A DNA stretch of 45,007 nucleotides, from NCBI GenBank assembly GCA_004431415.1, contig QPMI01000375.1, positions 1 through 45,007 of the forward strand, written 5' to 3'. Below the pieces are notes generated by a model that ran no database searches, had not been told where the DNA came from, and saw only the letters and a program-made list of their open reading frames with translations. Numbering within the stretch: position 1 is the stretch's first letter; every line of letters starts with the position of its first letter. Below, piece by piece: positions 27,541 through 37,900 of this stretch. This stretch comes from Cyanophora paradoxa CCMP329. Taxonomy: Eukaryota > Plantae > Glaucophyta. The position numbers were made by a program, and so were the translations under genes.

Positions 27541-30362
27541 ATGAAGCGCAATCTGACGTTTGCGATTCTTGGCGCTTCCATCACGTTTGTTATTCTTGTC
27601 AACGTTATGCCGCGGGTCGATCTGGACACAGTCCGTGCTCGCCGCGCGGAGCTTGAGCGCGGCGGGCTAACATATCGGTCTCCCGCCGACGCGCGAGGTG
27701 CTTCGTGTTTGGAACTTTGCTCCCATCGCGCTGATCCGCTAGCCCAGATGGCCTCGGCGGTGAGGAGGTCGATTGCGCCGCCCAAGCCGTGCGTCTCGCG
27801 ACGCGCCGCGGCGCTACAGCCGCCCGCCTCGTTGCCCTTGCATCGCTCGCGGGCTTTTTCACGCTGCACACGTGCAGGAGGACGCTCTGCTACCTCCGGG
27901 GCAAGAGAACATAGCTGTCGGAGTCCTCACCAGCGAAGATGTCCTGGAGACGCGTGTGCTGTGGGTACAGGACACGTGGGCCCGCCGTTTCGAGGTATGA
28001 GCCGGGCGCGCGGCGCCTGCCGCCGGCTCGCCGGGCGCCGAGCCGGCCCCCGCAGAATCTAGTCTTCTACACGGACTACCGCAACCGAGAGGAGGCGGAG
28101 CTGACGTGGGGCGAGGAGGAGCCCCCCCGCGCCGAGGAGGAGGACGAGAGCGGCATCGTCCACATACTGCCCACCGAATACGAAGAGTCGGCCCTCCCGC
28201 ACCCCGCGCGCCCCGCGCCCATCCCCCCCCTCCCCCCCTCACCCCCCCTAAGGTACGAGGAGTCCGGCGCCTGGATGGAGCTCGCCGCCCTTCGGGTCGG
28301 CGTACCCCCTCCCGCCGATCCTTTTCCCCCTCCCTCTTCCCCTTCTTTGACCGCCTCGCGCCACGCGCCTTGTCCCCCCGCAGGACCTGCACAGCCGGTA
28401 CCCGGGGATGTCGTGGTACCTGCTGGTGACGGACGAGACGTGAGCGGGGCGGGGGCGGCGGGGCGGCGGGGGGCGGCGGGCTGAGGCGGGGGCGCAGGTA
28501 CGTCCTCGCGGAGAACCTCCTCCACACCCTCGCCAAGGTCCCCCGCCCCGCCCCCCGCCCCGCGCTCGGCCCGCCGCGCTCCGCCGTGACGCCGGCGCCA
28601 GTTCGACGCCCGGCGGGACCACTACGTGGGGGCCCTCGCCTGGGAGTCCGCCAAGCGCCAGTACCTCGTGCGCCCGCACCCCGCCCCGCCCCGCCCCGCC
28701 CGCCCCGCCCGCCCGCCCGCCCCGCCCGCCTTGTCCAACGGGCGCCCGCAGTTTGTGGAGGTCTCGGCGGGGGTGGCGATCAGCGGGCGGCTCATGCGGT
28801 GCGGCGGGGCCGGGGGCGCCCCCTCTGCGGGCGCCTGCGACGGCGGCGCAGGCGCATGGCGGCGCGCATGGACGACTGCGAGCGCGAGTTCGTCACCGAG
28901 TGGGCCGGCGACCTCCGCATCGCGTGCGCCCTTCCCGGCCCCCCCGCTCTCGCCGGGGTCCCCGCGAGCCGGCGGCGTGCGCAGGCGCTGCGTGCAGCTG
29001 GTGGCCAAGCGGGTGACGCCCCAGTTCGAGCGGTGCGGGGCCCGCCCCCGGCCCCGCCGTTCCCCGGCCGGGGCTCAGCGTCCGGGCAGGAGCTTCCACG
29101 CGGAGCGGCCGCAGACGCTCCTCGGGGCGAAGACGGCGGGCCCGGGGGGCCCCCTGCACATCCGGGCCCGCCCCGCGACCTTCTTCGGGCTCTCGGCGCT
29201 CGACATGTTCGGGCTGGAGGGCGTCGTCGAGCGCTACAAGGGGGCGGCGCCCATCACCTACGGCCTCCTCCACCCCCTCTTCACCGACTCGCACCAGTAC
29301 GAGCTCCTCAACCAGGGGGTCCGCCCCCGCCCGCGGCCCCGCCGGGGCAGCGGCGCGCGGAGCCTCACAAAAGGCGGGGGCGGGGCCAGCAGCAGCGGGA
29401 GTCGGAGCGGGAGGCGGAGGAGGCGATGGAGCGGCAGGCGGAGGAGTACCGTGCCCGCCTCCAGGAGCTCCGCGAGGCCGAGCAGGCCCGCCCACCGCCG
29501 CCCCCGCCCCCGCGCCCCGCCCCGCCGCCCCGCTCACCCCGCCCCGCAGGCCGACCAGCAGCAGCAGGAGAGCGGGGAGGAGGGCGGGGAGGACCCGCAG
29601 GAGGGGCTCCCCGAGGGCGAGCCCGCCCCGCAGGAGATGGAGCCCCCGCCGCAGGAGCCGCCCCCGCAGGAGCCGCCGCCCGCAGAGCAGCCGGCGCAGG
29701 AGCCGCCCCCGGCCGAACAGCAGGAGCAACCGCCGCCAGAGCAGCCACAGCAGGAGCCGCCGCCCGCAGAGCAGCAGGAGCCCCCACCGCAGGAGCCGCC
29801 CCCGCAGGAGCCGCCCCCGCAGGAGCCACCCCCGGCTGAGCAACCTGCGCAGGAGCAGCCGCCACAGGAGCCGCCGGCAGCTGAGCAGCAACCACAGGAG
29901 CCGCCGCCGGCTGAGCAGCCGGCACAGGAGGTACCTCCAGCTGAGCAGCCGGCACAGGAGGTACCGCCGGCTGAGCAGCCGGCACAGGAGCCGCCGCCGG
30001 CTGAGCAGCCGGCACAGGAGCCGCCGCCGGCTGAGCAGCCGCCACAGGAGCCGCCGGCAGCTGAGCAGCAACCACAGGAGCCGCCGCCGGCTGAGCAGCC
30101 GGCACAGGAGCCGCCGCCGGCTGAGCAGCCGGCACAGGAGCCGCCGCCGGCTGAGCAGCCGGCACCGGAGCCGCCAGCAGAGCAGCCGCCACAGGAGCAG
30201 CCGCCGGCTGAGCAGCCGCCGCCGGCTGAGCAGCCGCCGGCTGAGCAACCGCCGGCACCGGAGGCGCCTCCGCCACCGGAGGCCCCTCCTCAGCAGGCGC
30301 CCAGCGAGGCGCCGCCCGCACGGAGGCAGCTCCGGCGTTTCAGGCGACTCTCCAGGAGGTAG
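27541..30362 (+). CDS. Type II membrane GT31 (Fringe / core-1 beta-1,3-galactosyltransferase-like) glycosyltransferase with long Glu/Gln/Pro repeat tail (multi-exon)
   Basis: N-terminal signal anchor [25 protein letters not shown] segments [55 protein letters not shown]...[26 protein letters not shown] and ITYGLLHP. Confidence 0.8.
29630..30270 (+). repeat. Coding tandem repeat, 30-nt unit caggagccgccgccggctgagcagccggca ([10 protein letters not shown]) with 15-nt sub-variants
   Basis: A directly visible array of near-identical 30-mers, in frame within the last exon of the GT31 gene. Confidence 0.95.
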
Positions 30363-30606
30363 TGCCGGCCGCCGACTGTCATGCATGTTCTAGTTCTTTC
30401 AAAACCATACGTAGTAGTAGCCAGGCCCTAGGATTAGGCCCCAGGTAGCGATCGGCAGTACCCAGATCTGATTGACAAGTATGTGAAGTCGATGCCTACA
30501 GCGCTCATATTCACACAGGGGGCAAGACAGCGGGCATCAGCTCTAGATGAAGCACAGCGTCGGCCGGGAAAGTCAGGTCTGCGGGCGGCGGGCTCGCGCC
30601 GCGCGC

Positions 30607-32529
30607 TCAGTCGGGGTGGAAGCGGAGGCACTCCTTGTATATCAGCTCTGCGGGGCGGGGAGGGGAGGATTTGAGGGGGGCGGGGGCCAGCCAGGCGGGC
30701 GGGGCGGGGCGGGGCGGACCCTTGAGGTCCTTCCGCGTCAGCTCGCGGTCCTCGAACTCGAAGGTGAAGATCTGCGAGGCGACGGGCTGCCCGGCGCGCC
30801 CCGTCAGGCGCCGCCGAGCTCGCGCCGGGGCCGCCCCGGCCGGGCGGCCGCACCTCGTCGTTGGGGTCGTGCAGCTCGGCGAGGTACGGGTGCTCCAGCG
30901 CCTCCTCCGCCTGCGCCGCGCCGGCCGGGCGCTGAGGTTGGCCGGCCGGGGACGACGGGGCGGCGCGGGGGCGGGCACGGTGCAGCGCTTCTTGGGGTCG
31001 ACGATGAGCATCTTCTCGAGGAGGTCGATGGCGAGGGGGTTCCCCTTGGGGAAGATCTTGGAGAAGGGGACCCGCGGCCGCTTCGGCAGCGCCTGCAGGT
31101 ACCGCACCGCCTTCTCCGACCCGTTGATCGACTTGAGCTCCTCGTCCGTCGGCGTCCCCAGCACCTTCGTGATCAGCTCCAGCTGGTGGATGTCTGCCGC
31201 CCCGCCCCGCCCCGTCACGCCCGCTCACGCGCGCGCCCCGCCCGTCCAGCGGCGCGGCTGGCGCACAGTCACGACCGGGGAAGAGGGGCTTGCGGCCCAG
31301 CAGCTCAGCGAAGATGCAGCCGACGGACCACATGTCGACTGGGGGAGGGGGGGGGCGGGTCAGGGGACGGGCGGGCGGCGAAGCGCCGGGTCCCGGACGC
31401 ACTGGCTTTGGTGTACTCGCCGCGGAGGATGAGCTCAGGCGCACGGTACCAGCGCGTCACCACGTACTGCGTCATGCCTGCGAGAAAAGAAATCGGCAGA
31501 CACCCAGGGGCCTTCGAAAGAGCTTTCGCACCCTGGTTCTCCTCCTCGGGATCCGACACACGAGCAAGACCAAAGTCGCAGATCTGAGACGCGAACGCGA
31601 TAAGCAGAGGGGCGGGGCGCAAGGCAGGGCCGCCCGGCCGGGGCTGACCTTGAGCTCGCAGTTCTTGTTCACGAGCAGGTTGCCCGGTTTCTGGCGGCGG
31701 GCGAGGAGCGTAAGGAAGGAGTCGAAAAGAACTGCGAGGTGCCAGCGGACGCACAAGGTCGCGGTGGAGGACGTGCGCGGAGTGGATGTACTTGATCGCT
31801 CGGAGGATCTGGTACAGGAAGTACTGGCAGTGGTCGTCCGTCAGCGGCTGTGGGGACTTGATGATCTGGTGCAGATCTGCGTGGCAGCCGTGAGCCCCGA
31901 CTAAACTCCGTTCTCCAGCTCTGCGGCACCTGTGTCCATCAGCTCGACCACAATGTAGACATCCTCGAAGTTCTCCTGGCTCTCAGGCCGCATAACGTCT
32001 TTGAGGGCGATGACCTAACGAGCAAAGTTTCGCACGCGGCCACAAAAACTGAAGGGGTGCACGTACGTTCTCGTGGTTGAGATGGCTGAGTAGCCGGATC
32101 TCGCGCAGCGTACGCTTCGCGTCCGTGGGATCGTCGAAGGCCTTCACAACCTTCTTGATGGCCACATTCTCGCCAGACTTCTCGTCACGCGCAGCACTGC
32201 GTCGCGGGGGGAATCAGTGCCCCGGGCGGCGCGCGATGCAAGCTAGGGCAATCGCTCTGCTATCTACGATCTAGCTCAGTCTCGCCCGCACTAACCAGAC
32301 AACACCTGCGAGAAGCGGGCGTTTCTGTCAGCGCAATTCCTATGGGCCGGCACAGGGGCGGTTCGGACCGTAGGCGCCGTGTCCGAGAGGCTTTACGAGC
32401 GAGTACTTGTCATCCACATCAAACCGGTTGCCCGAGACGACGAAAGAACGCTTTCCCTGCATCCGGTGCCTCTTAGCGCGGCCGGTTGACAGCGCACGAT
32501 CAGGAGGGCGATACGAGGCCGTGCACCAT
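30607..32529 (-). CDS. Mitogen-activated protein kinase (ERK/plant MPK-like) with TQY activation loop (multi-exon)
   Basis: Motifs [67 protein letters not shown] and the CD domain [14 protein letters not shown]. The start is either ATG 32529 (ATG-only first exon) or ATG 32462. Confidence 0.95.
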
Positions 32530-33003
32530 GGCGGGAGAGCGTCCTGAGCCCCGCGAATTCAGGGAGGTTCCTGCTGGTTTCGGGGGTACCGCCGGTTTGA
32601 CCTTGCTCCGATCAAATTCATCTTCCAGTTGAATTGCGCTAACGCCAACAGCACGCTAACGGCGAGCCTGGCGATAACGTCAACGCGTTCAACACCTCGT
32701 TATGCACCTCGCAGGCTGGCACGCTAAGAGGAAAATCCAGCCTGAAAGAGCCCGGCCCAGGACAGGGAAGTTTGATTGAACGCCGAAAAGAGGTCGCAGG
32801 TGTGTGTAAGACGAAGTGCGGAGGAAGGAACGCAGACGACGGAGGGCTCGGCAGCAGCTCTGTTCAGATCGGAAGATACAGGTCCTGTAAACACGGAACT
32901 AACGGAGGAGGGACGGTGGAATGGAAACAGGAAGAGAAAAGAAAAGGAGAGGTGAAGTAGGCGAGGTGGGGCGGGTCCTGGCTAGCTAACGCGAAGAACC
33001 CCC

Positions 33004-33552
33004 CTATTGCGCAGGCGCCTCGCCGACCTGCGAAGCCGACAGTAAGCGATAAGCGCATTAATATAAACGAGTCGAACTGGGCCGCACCTTGGCCTCCAAT
33101 TCCCGAATGCGTGCCATCGCATCGTCCAACTCCTTCTTCATCCTGTCGTTGTCGCTCTTGAGGCCCTCGTACTCGGCTGTCGTGGGAGCACCCAGGTACG
33201 TCTTGATGAAGCTGCAGCGCACGGCTCAGTCAGGTGTGGCGACAAGCTCCAAGGAAGGGAGGGCATACTCAAGAGCATTCGCGGGCTTCTCGGGCTCCTC
33301 GTACAGGGCCACAAAGACTAAAAGGAGAAGATGTGAGCACGAGCTCTGCACACGCTGCAGAGCCGGGCGAGCTAAGCCAGCCGCAGCACCGGCGCACCTT
33401 TGGTCACAGCATCGATGACTCCGCTCCGCTCCAGGTACTTCCGGAACTCGTCCTTCTTCGAGTCGGTGGGTTGCTGCAGCGTGGAGGGTGAGCGGGGACG
33501 CGGTCCGAAAATAAGGTGCAGAGCGCCCGCCGCGACGCACCGGGTAGCTCAT
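33004..33552 (-). CDS. MYCBP: c-Myc-binding protein (MYCBP/AMY-1) homologue (5 exons)
   Basis: Spliced product MSYP..PTDSKKDEFRKYLERSGVIDAVTKVFVALYEEPEKPANALE-FIKTYLGAP...ELEAKVGEAPAQ* matches the MYCBP consensus DSKREQFRRYLEKSGVLDTLTKVLVALYEEPEKP. Confidence 0.92.
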
Positions 33553-33639
33553 CGCTCAGGCTGTGCTGCGTCTGCGGCTCCTGTGCTGTGTCGCGGGGGC
33601 TGAGTCGCTGGTTCGAAATAGTCTAACAAGTTGGGTGGG

Positions 33640-33704
33640 GTACGGCTGAATTCGCCGCGGCAGTCGATTCCCCTGCTTTCCTGTGGTTCCTGAATCCGCG
33701 GCAG
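33640..33704 (+). other. Probable 5'-UTR intron upstream of LAMTOR5
   Basis: gtacgg...ctgaatccgcggcag has the local intron size, a donor, a CTGAN branch-like motif and a CAG acceptor. Confidence 0.4.
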
Positions 33705-33747
33705 CTCCTTCCTGAGATCTGGCTCATAAAGCCCCGATTCCCGATTG

Positions 33748-34035
33748 ATGCAGTCCTCGCTCGATATCGAGGAGGCGCTCGCTCAGGTTCACGTCAGCGA
33801 AGCGAGCGGCGTGGTCGCGGCCGACCGCAGAGGACTCTGCATCGGCTCGACGGGCACCGCGCCCCCTCGCGCGGCGGGGTCCGTTGCGAACATCGCGCGG
33901 ACCGCAGCGAAGCTCGGCTCGCGGGGGTCGAAGGTCGCGGTCTGCATCGAGACGGAGCTCTCGGTCGTGCTCGTATCCGGCTCGCCAGAGTACAGCGTCG
34001 GCATCTTCAACCCGACGCAGCCGGCGCCGGCGTGA
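33748..34035 (+). CDS. LAMTOR5: Ragulator subunit LAMTOR5/HBXIP-like roadblock protein, intronless
   Basis: 95 aa. GVVAADRRGLCIGSTGT...AGSVANIARTAAKL....VAVCIETE parallels LAMTOR5 GVLCTDSQGLNLGCRGT...AGVISVLAQQAAKL....PVVCLESD. Confidence 0.8.
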   Translation: MQSSLDIEEALAQVHVSEASGVVAADRRGLCIGSTGTAPPRAAGSVANIARTAAKLGSRGSKVAVCIETELSVVLVSGSPEYSVGIFNPTQPAPA

Positions 34036-34763
34036 TGTTGTTCGCGGCGCCCGTGTGCGCCCCTTGGCGCGCAGGGGCGCTGCCTGGCCCCGCGCTGGCC
34101 GCGGCGGCCTGTACGGCATGGAGCGCGTGCGGCGGCCGCGCCGCAAAGCCAAAAGCGCTCTACCGCCGCTTCCTCGCCGATGGCCCATCCCACCTCTCCA
34201 CCGCCCCTCAAACCCCCCGCGTTCTGACCGCGCCCGCCGGCTTCCCCCCTCCGCCCTCCGCCCGCGTCTCGGCGGGGCCTCCCGCGCCTCCTCCGCCGCC
34301 GCCCCCCCGGCCTCTCGGCCCGTCGCTCCTGAGGCAGCTGCTCCTCGCGCCGCTCTCGGCCTTGGCGGAGCGGCGGCCGCTGCTCTTCGCCGTGGCCCTC
34401 TTCCTCGTCGCTGGCCTCTGCGAGATCGGCGGCGGGTGGATGGTGTGGAAGGCGGTGCGCGAGGGGGCGCCCCGCTGGTGGGCGGCCCTCGGCAGCCTCG
34501 TCCTCGTCGGCTACGGCTTCATCCCGACCCTCCAGCGCGAGACCTTCGGCCGCACCTACGCCGCCTACGGTGCCCGCCGCCCTCCCCCGCCGCGCGCCCC
34601 GCCCCCGGGCCCCGCCGACGCCGGGGCAGGCGGCTTCTTCATCGTCCTCTCCCTGCTCTGGGGCGCCCTGTTCGACGGCTTCCGCCCCGACCGCTACGAC
34701 CTCCTCGGCTCCCTCATAGCCCTCGCCGGCGTCGCCCTCGTCATGTTCGCCCCCCGCAAGTGA
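34035..34763 (+). CDS. ynfA: YnfA/UPF0060 (SMR/DMT-like) small membrane protein with long N-terminal targeting-like extension; one 60-nt intron at 34570-34629
   Basis: LFLVAGLCEIGGGWMVWKAVREG...FGRTYAAYG|GFFIVLSLLWG..DGFRPDRYDLLGSLIALAGVALVMFAPR is the YnfA consensus. The ATG at 34035 overlaps the LAMTOR5 TGA. Confidence 0.9.
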   Translation: MLFAAPVCAPWRAGALPGPALAAAACTAWSACGGRAAKPKALYRRFLADGPSHLSTAPQTPRVLTAPAGFPPPPSARVSAGPPAPPPPPPPRPLGPSLLRQLLLAPLSALAERRPLLFAVALFLVAGLCEIGGGWMVWKAVREGAPRWWAALGSLVLVGYGFIPTLQRETFGRTYAAYGARRPPPPRAPPPGPADAGAGGFFIVLSLLWGALFDGFRPDRYDLLGSLIALAGVALVMFAPRK

Positions 34764-34775
34764 CTCAGCGCGCCG

Positions 34776-34885
34776 TCAGTTGCCGCCGTCCGCGTTCACG
34801 GCGCCTGCGGGGGCAGGGGATGCGGGGCGGGGTGCGCGGGGGCGGGGCCGAACGCGGCCTGGGCGGCCTGCTGAGCCGCGCGGGA

Positions 34886-34917
<32 letters not shown>

Positions 34918-37900
34918 ACGCGAGGGACGGCTCCTGCGAGGCGGAGGCGGGGCGCGTCCCGCCCCCGCCGCCCCGCCGGGGCGCAGCTCGGAGGCGAGGA
35001 GGGGCACGAGGGCGGGCCGAAGGGACGGGCGCGAAGGGCGCCAGCGACTTGACGGGAGGCCGCCTGCGCGGGCGCGCCGGGTGAGGGGCGGGGCGGGGCC
35101 GAAGGGGGGCGGGGCGGGGGGCACCGGAGAAGAGCTCGGCAAGGAAGGAGGCGCCGTCGGAGCGGGGGCCCAGGCCTGCCCCCGGCACGTGCCTCAGAAG
35201 CGTGCGGCGGGGGGGCGGGGCGGGGACGGGGCGGACCGGCGCGGAGGTCGCCGGGCTCGAGGAGGAAGATGGCGTCGCCCTCGGCGTCCACCGGCTCCTC
35301 CCACACCCGCGCCGCGCCCCCTGCACGCACCCCTCCAGGCCCCGCACGCCGCCCGAGGCCCGGCGCAGCGCGGCGCACCCGAGGGGCCCAGGAGCGTGAG
35401 CCGCACGGTCCCCTTCGGCAGCGCCGGCGCCCCGCTGCACCGCGCCCCGCGCGTCGGGCGAGCCGGCCGGAGGGGCGCGGGTGCACGCGGAGTACGCACC
35501 CGGGGCCGAGGGAGTCGCTGAGGACGCGGACGACGCACGGCACCTGAAAGCGAGTTCGAATCCGCATGGGACCGTTCAATCACCGGCGGGCGCACCTCGC
35601 GCAGCACCAGCATGGCGAGGGACGTGGATTGCTGCGCGCGACGCTTTGAGGGGAGAAAGGGAGGAAAGGGAGCCATCCGGAGTCGAACCCGGGCGACGGT
35701 GGTCTTCGCCGTTGCCAGGCATTGGTCCTTGAGCAGGAGTTCCACGCGCTTGCCCTCCCCCACCGGCACGTCCTGCACCCGGGCTGGAAGCGAGCGGGCA
35801 GCGGAAGGGGGAGAGGGCGGGGGGTACGGCGAAGGTGAAGGGCTCGGCGCCCTCGCGGCGCTTCTCGACGGCCCCCGCCGCGTTCAGCACCTGACAAAAG
35901 GGCTGAGCAGAGGCCTGGCGCCGAAGCGAATGCAGACAACGGTGTACCCGAAGCCAGACGGGGAGGCGCCACGCGACAGCTTCGCTGAACTCCCCGACCT
36001 GCCCCCCGGAGCTCAGGGCGGTACGGAGGCGTGTTGGGGCAGGGCTCGCGCCTGGTACGCGATGCCGACGCGCAGGGAGCCGGCGGGGGGGCGGAGGCCG
36101 CTGCGCGGGGGGCCTCGTCGCGGGCTGCGCGCGTCCGGGGCGGCGGGGAGAAGGGGGCGGGCCTGCCGGGGCGGGAGTTGCTGGGGCGGGAGGCGGTCCC
36201 GTCGGTCCCCGAGATGGAGGCGGCGCCGCTCGGCGAGATCGACACCGTCCCGCTGCGCCGGCCGTCAGGCGGCGCCCCGCGGGGCGGGCGCAGCGGCGGC
36301 CGCGCCTGCCGGAGCGGTCGCGGTGGGCGTGGGGCACGCGGGGCGGCGGGGGGCGGGCCCGGGGCGGCGGGAGGGTGGGAGGGGCCATGGCGAGGGTGGC
36401 GGAGGGGAAGGCGGCGGCGGGGTCGGCCCCGGCCTCGGGGTCCGGCTCCACGACCGCCCCCGGAAGGGCCCCGCCCCCCGGGGCGCACCGGCAGCCGCCC
36501 CCGGCCCCGACCCCCGGCGCCGCCGCCTCCTCCCCGAGGGCCGCGCCTCGGCGCCCTCGCCCGCCTCGGCGAAGGCGTCCACGGCCCGGCGCACCCGCGG
36601 CGCCGCCGCCGGCCGCACCCCGTCCCGCGTCCTGCGCGGCGAGGCGTCGAAGGGCGGGGGCGCGGGGCACGGGAGGGGCACCGGCGGCGGGAGCCGCAGT
36701 AGACGGCGACGCCGAGGGCGAAGAGGAGGCAGACGGCGACGGGGACGACGATGCCGGCGATGAGCGCCACGTTCGGCCCGCCCGGCGCCTCCGCCTGCCG
36801 CCCGAACTGCACCGCTGGCGGGTCCGCCAGCGCCGCGCCGCCCGCGGAGGAGGCCCCGCCGGGCGCCGAGCCGCCGCCGGCGGGGGCGCCCGGGGCGGAG
36901 GTGCCGCCGGCTGACGCGAGGCGTGAGAGGGGGCGGGCCGCAAAGCTTCGCGCGGCCGCACGGGGGAGGAGGCTGGGGGGGACGCCGGGCGCGAGGGACG
37001 AGACGACCAGCGCGTACCGCTGCGGCCGCCTCAGCAGGCGCCCCGGCAGCTAAAGGGTCTCACGGTGCTAGAGCCTTCACGGCGGGCGCGCTGCACGTCT
37101 CGGGGCGCGGGGGCGGGGGCGGGCGGGGCCGGGCCTGGCGGTCGGGGAGGGGCATGCTGGCGCTGGAGACGACCACGGTCACGTTCCCCGCCGCCCCCGC
37201 CACCTCCACCTGCCCCCCGCGCTCAGGGGGAGGGCGGGGCGGGCGGGGGAGGCGGGCGGGCCTGCTCGACGTTGTTGAGCGCGTCCCGCTGCGCGCCGCC
37301 GTTCCCCAGGTGCGCCTCCCCCTCCACGTACACTACCAGGTCCAGGTCGTTCGTCTGCGAGCGCAGCGGTGGGCGGGTGTGCAGCGCGGGGCGGGTTAGG
37401 GCGCACGAGCACGCGGCCCGTCGTGGCGCCGGCGGCCGGGTCCGTCCAGACCTGCCGCACCCGCCGTGAGGGAGGGGACAGGGAGGGGGCTACGACGGCG
37501 GCGAACGAGGGTGGCCTTGATGTTGCGCGGGGAGGAGAGGGGTACGTAGAAAGACGAAATGTAGGGGCCGCCGGTGGGGAAGCCCTGCAGGAAGCGTGAG
37601 GGAAAGGGCGGGAAGTGGCCCCGGTGGGACTCGAACCTGGTCGTCCTTGAGGAGGAGCCAGGAGACGCGGGGCGAGGGGCCCAGGGGCAGGCTCGTGGAA
37701 AGCTGCACGGGCGCCCGGAGCCGCGTGGGCGAGGCGGGGGCGGGAGGGGGCGGGGGCGGGGCGCACGTCGAGGCGGCCGAAGCCCTGCATCTCCCGCGCG
37801 ACGGGCACCTCCTCGAGGCCCCGCAGCGCCTCGGGGCGCGGGTAACCCCTGCCGGCCACGCGTCGCCCCGGCGCGGGGGTCGGGCGGGGTGCGGGCGGCA

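Noticed and set aside
28893-30386. Antisense [10 protein letters not shown] repeat ORF, and the 30-nt array as a possible CRISPR
   Set aside because: It is the reverse complement of the coding [10 protein letters not shown] repeat. The units are contiguous with no unique spacers, and there are no cas genes.
34182-34240. Possible intron in the YnfA leader (G|gcccat...ctgac...)
   Set aside because: There is no AG acceptor at the expected distance after the branch-like motif, and the unspliced frame is open into the YnfA domain.
37617-37640. tRNA-like GGTTCGAGTCCCACCGGGGCCA on the minus strand (similar T-loop-like strings near 9189 and 9425)
   Set aside because: The T-stem 5' arm does not pair and no D or anticodon arms are present. 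The string coincides with an exon/intron junction (CAG|gttcga).
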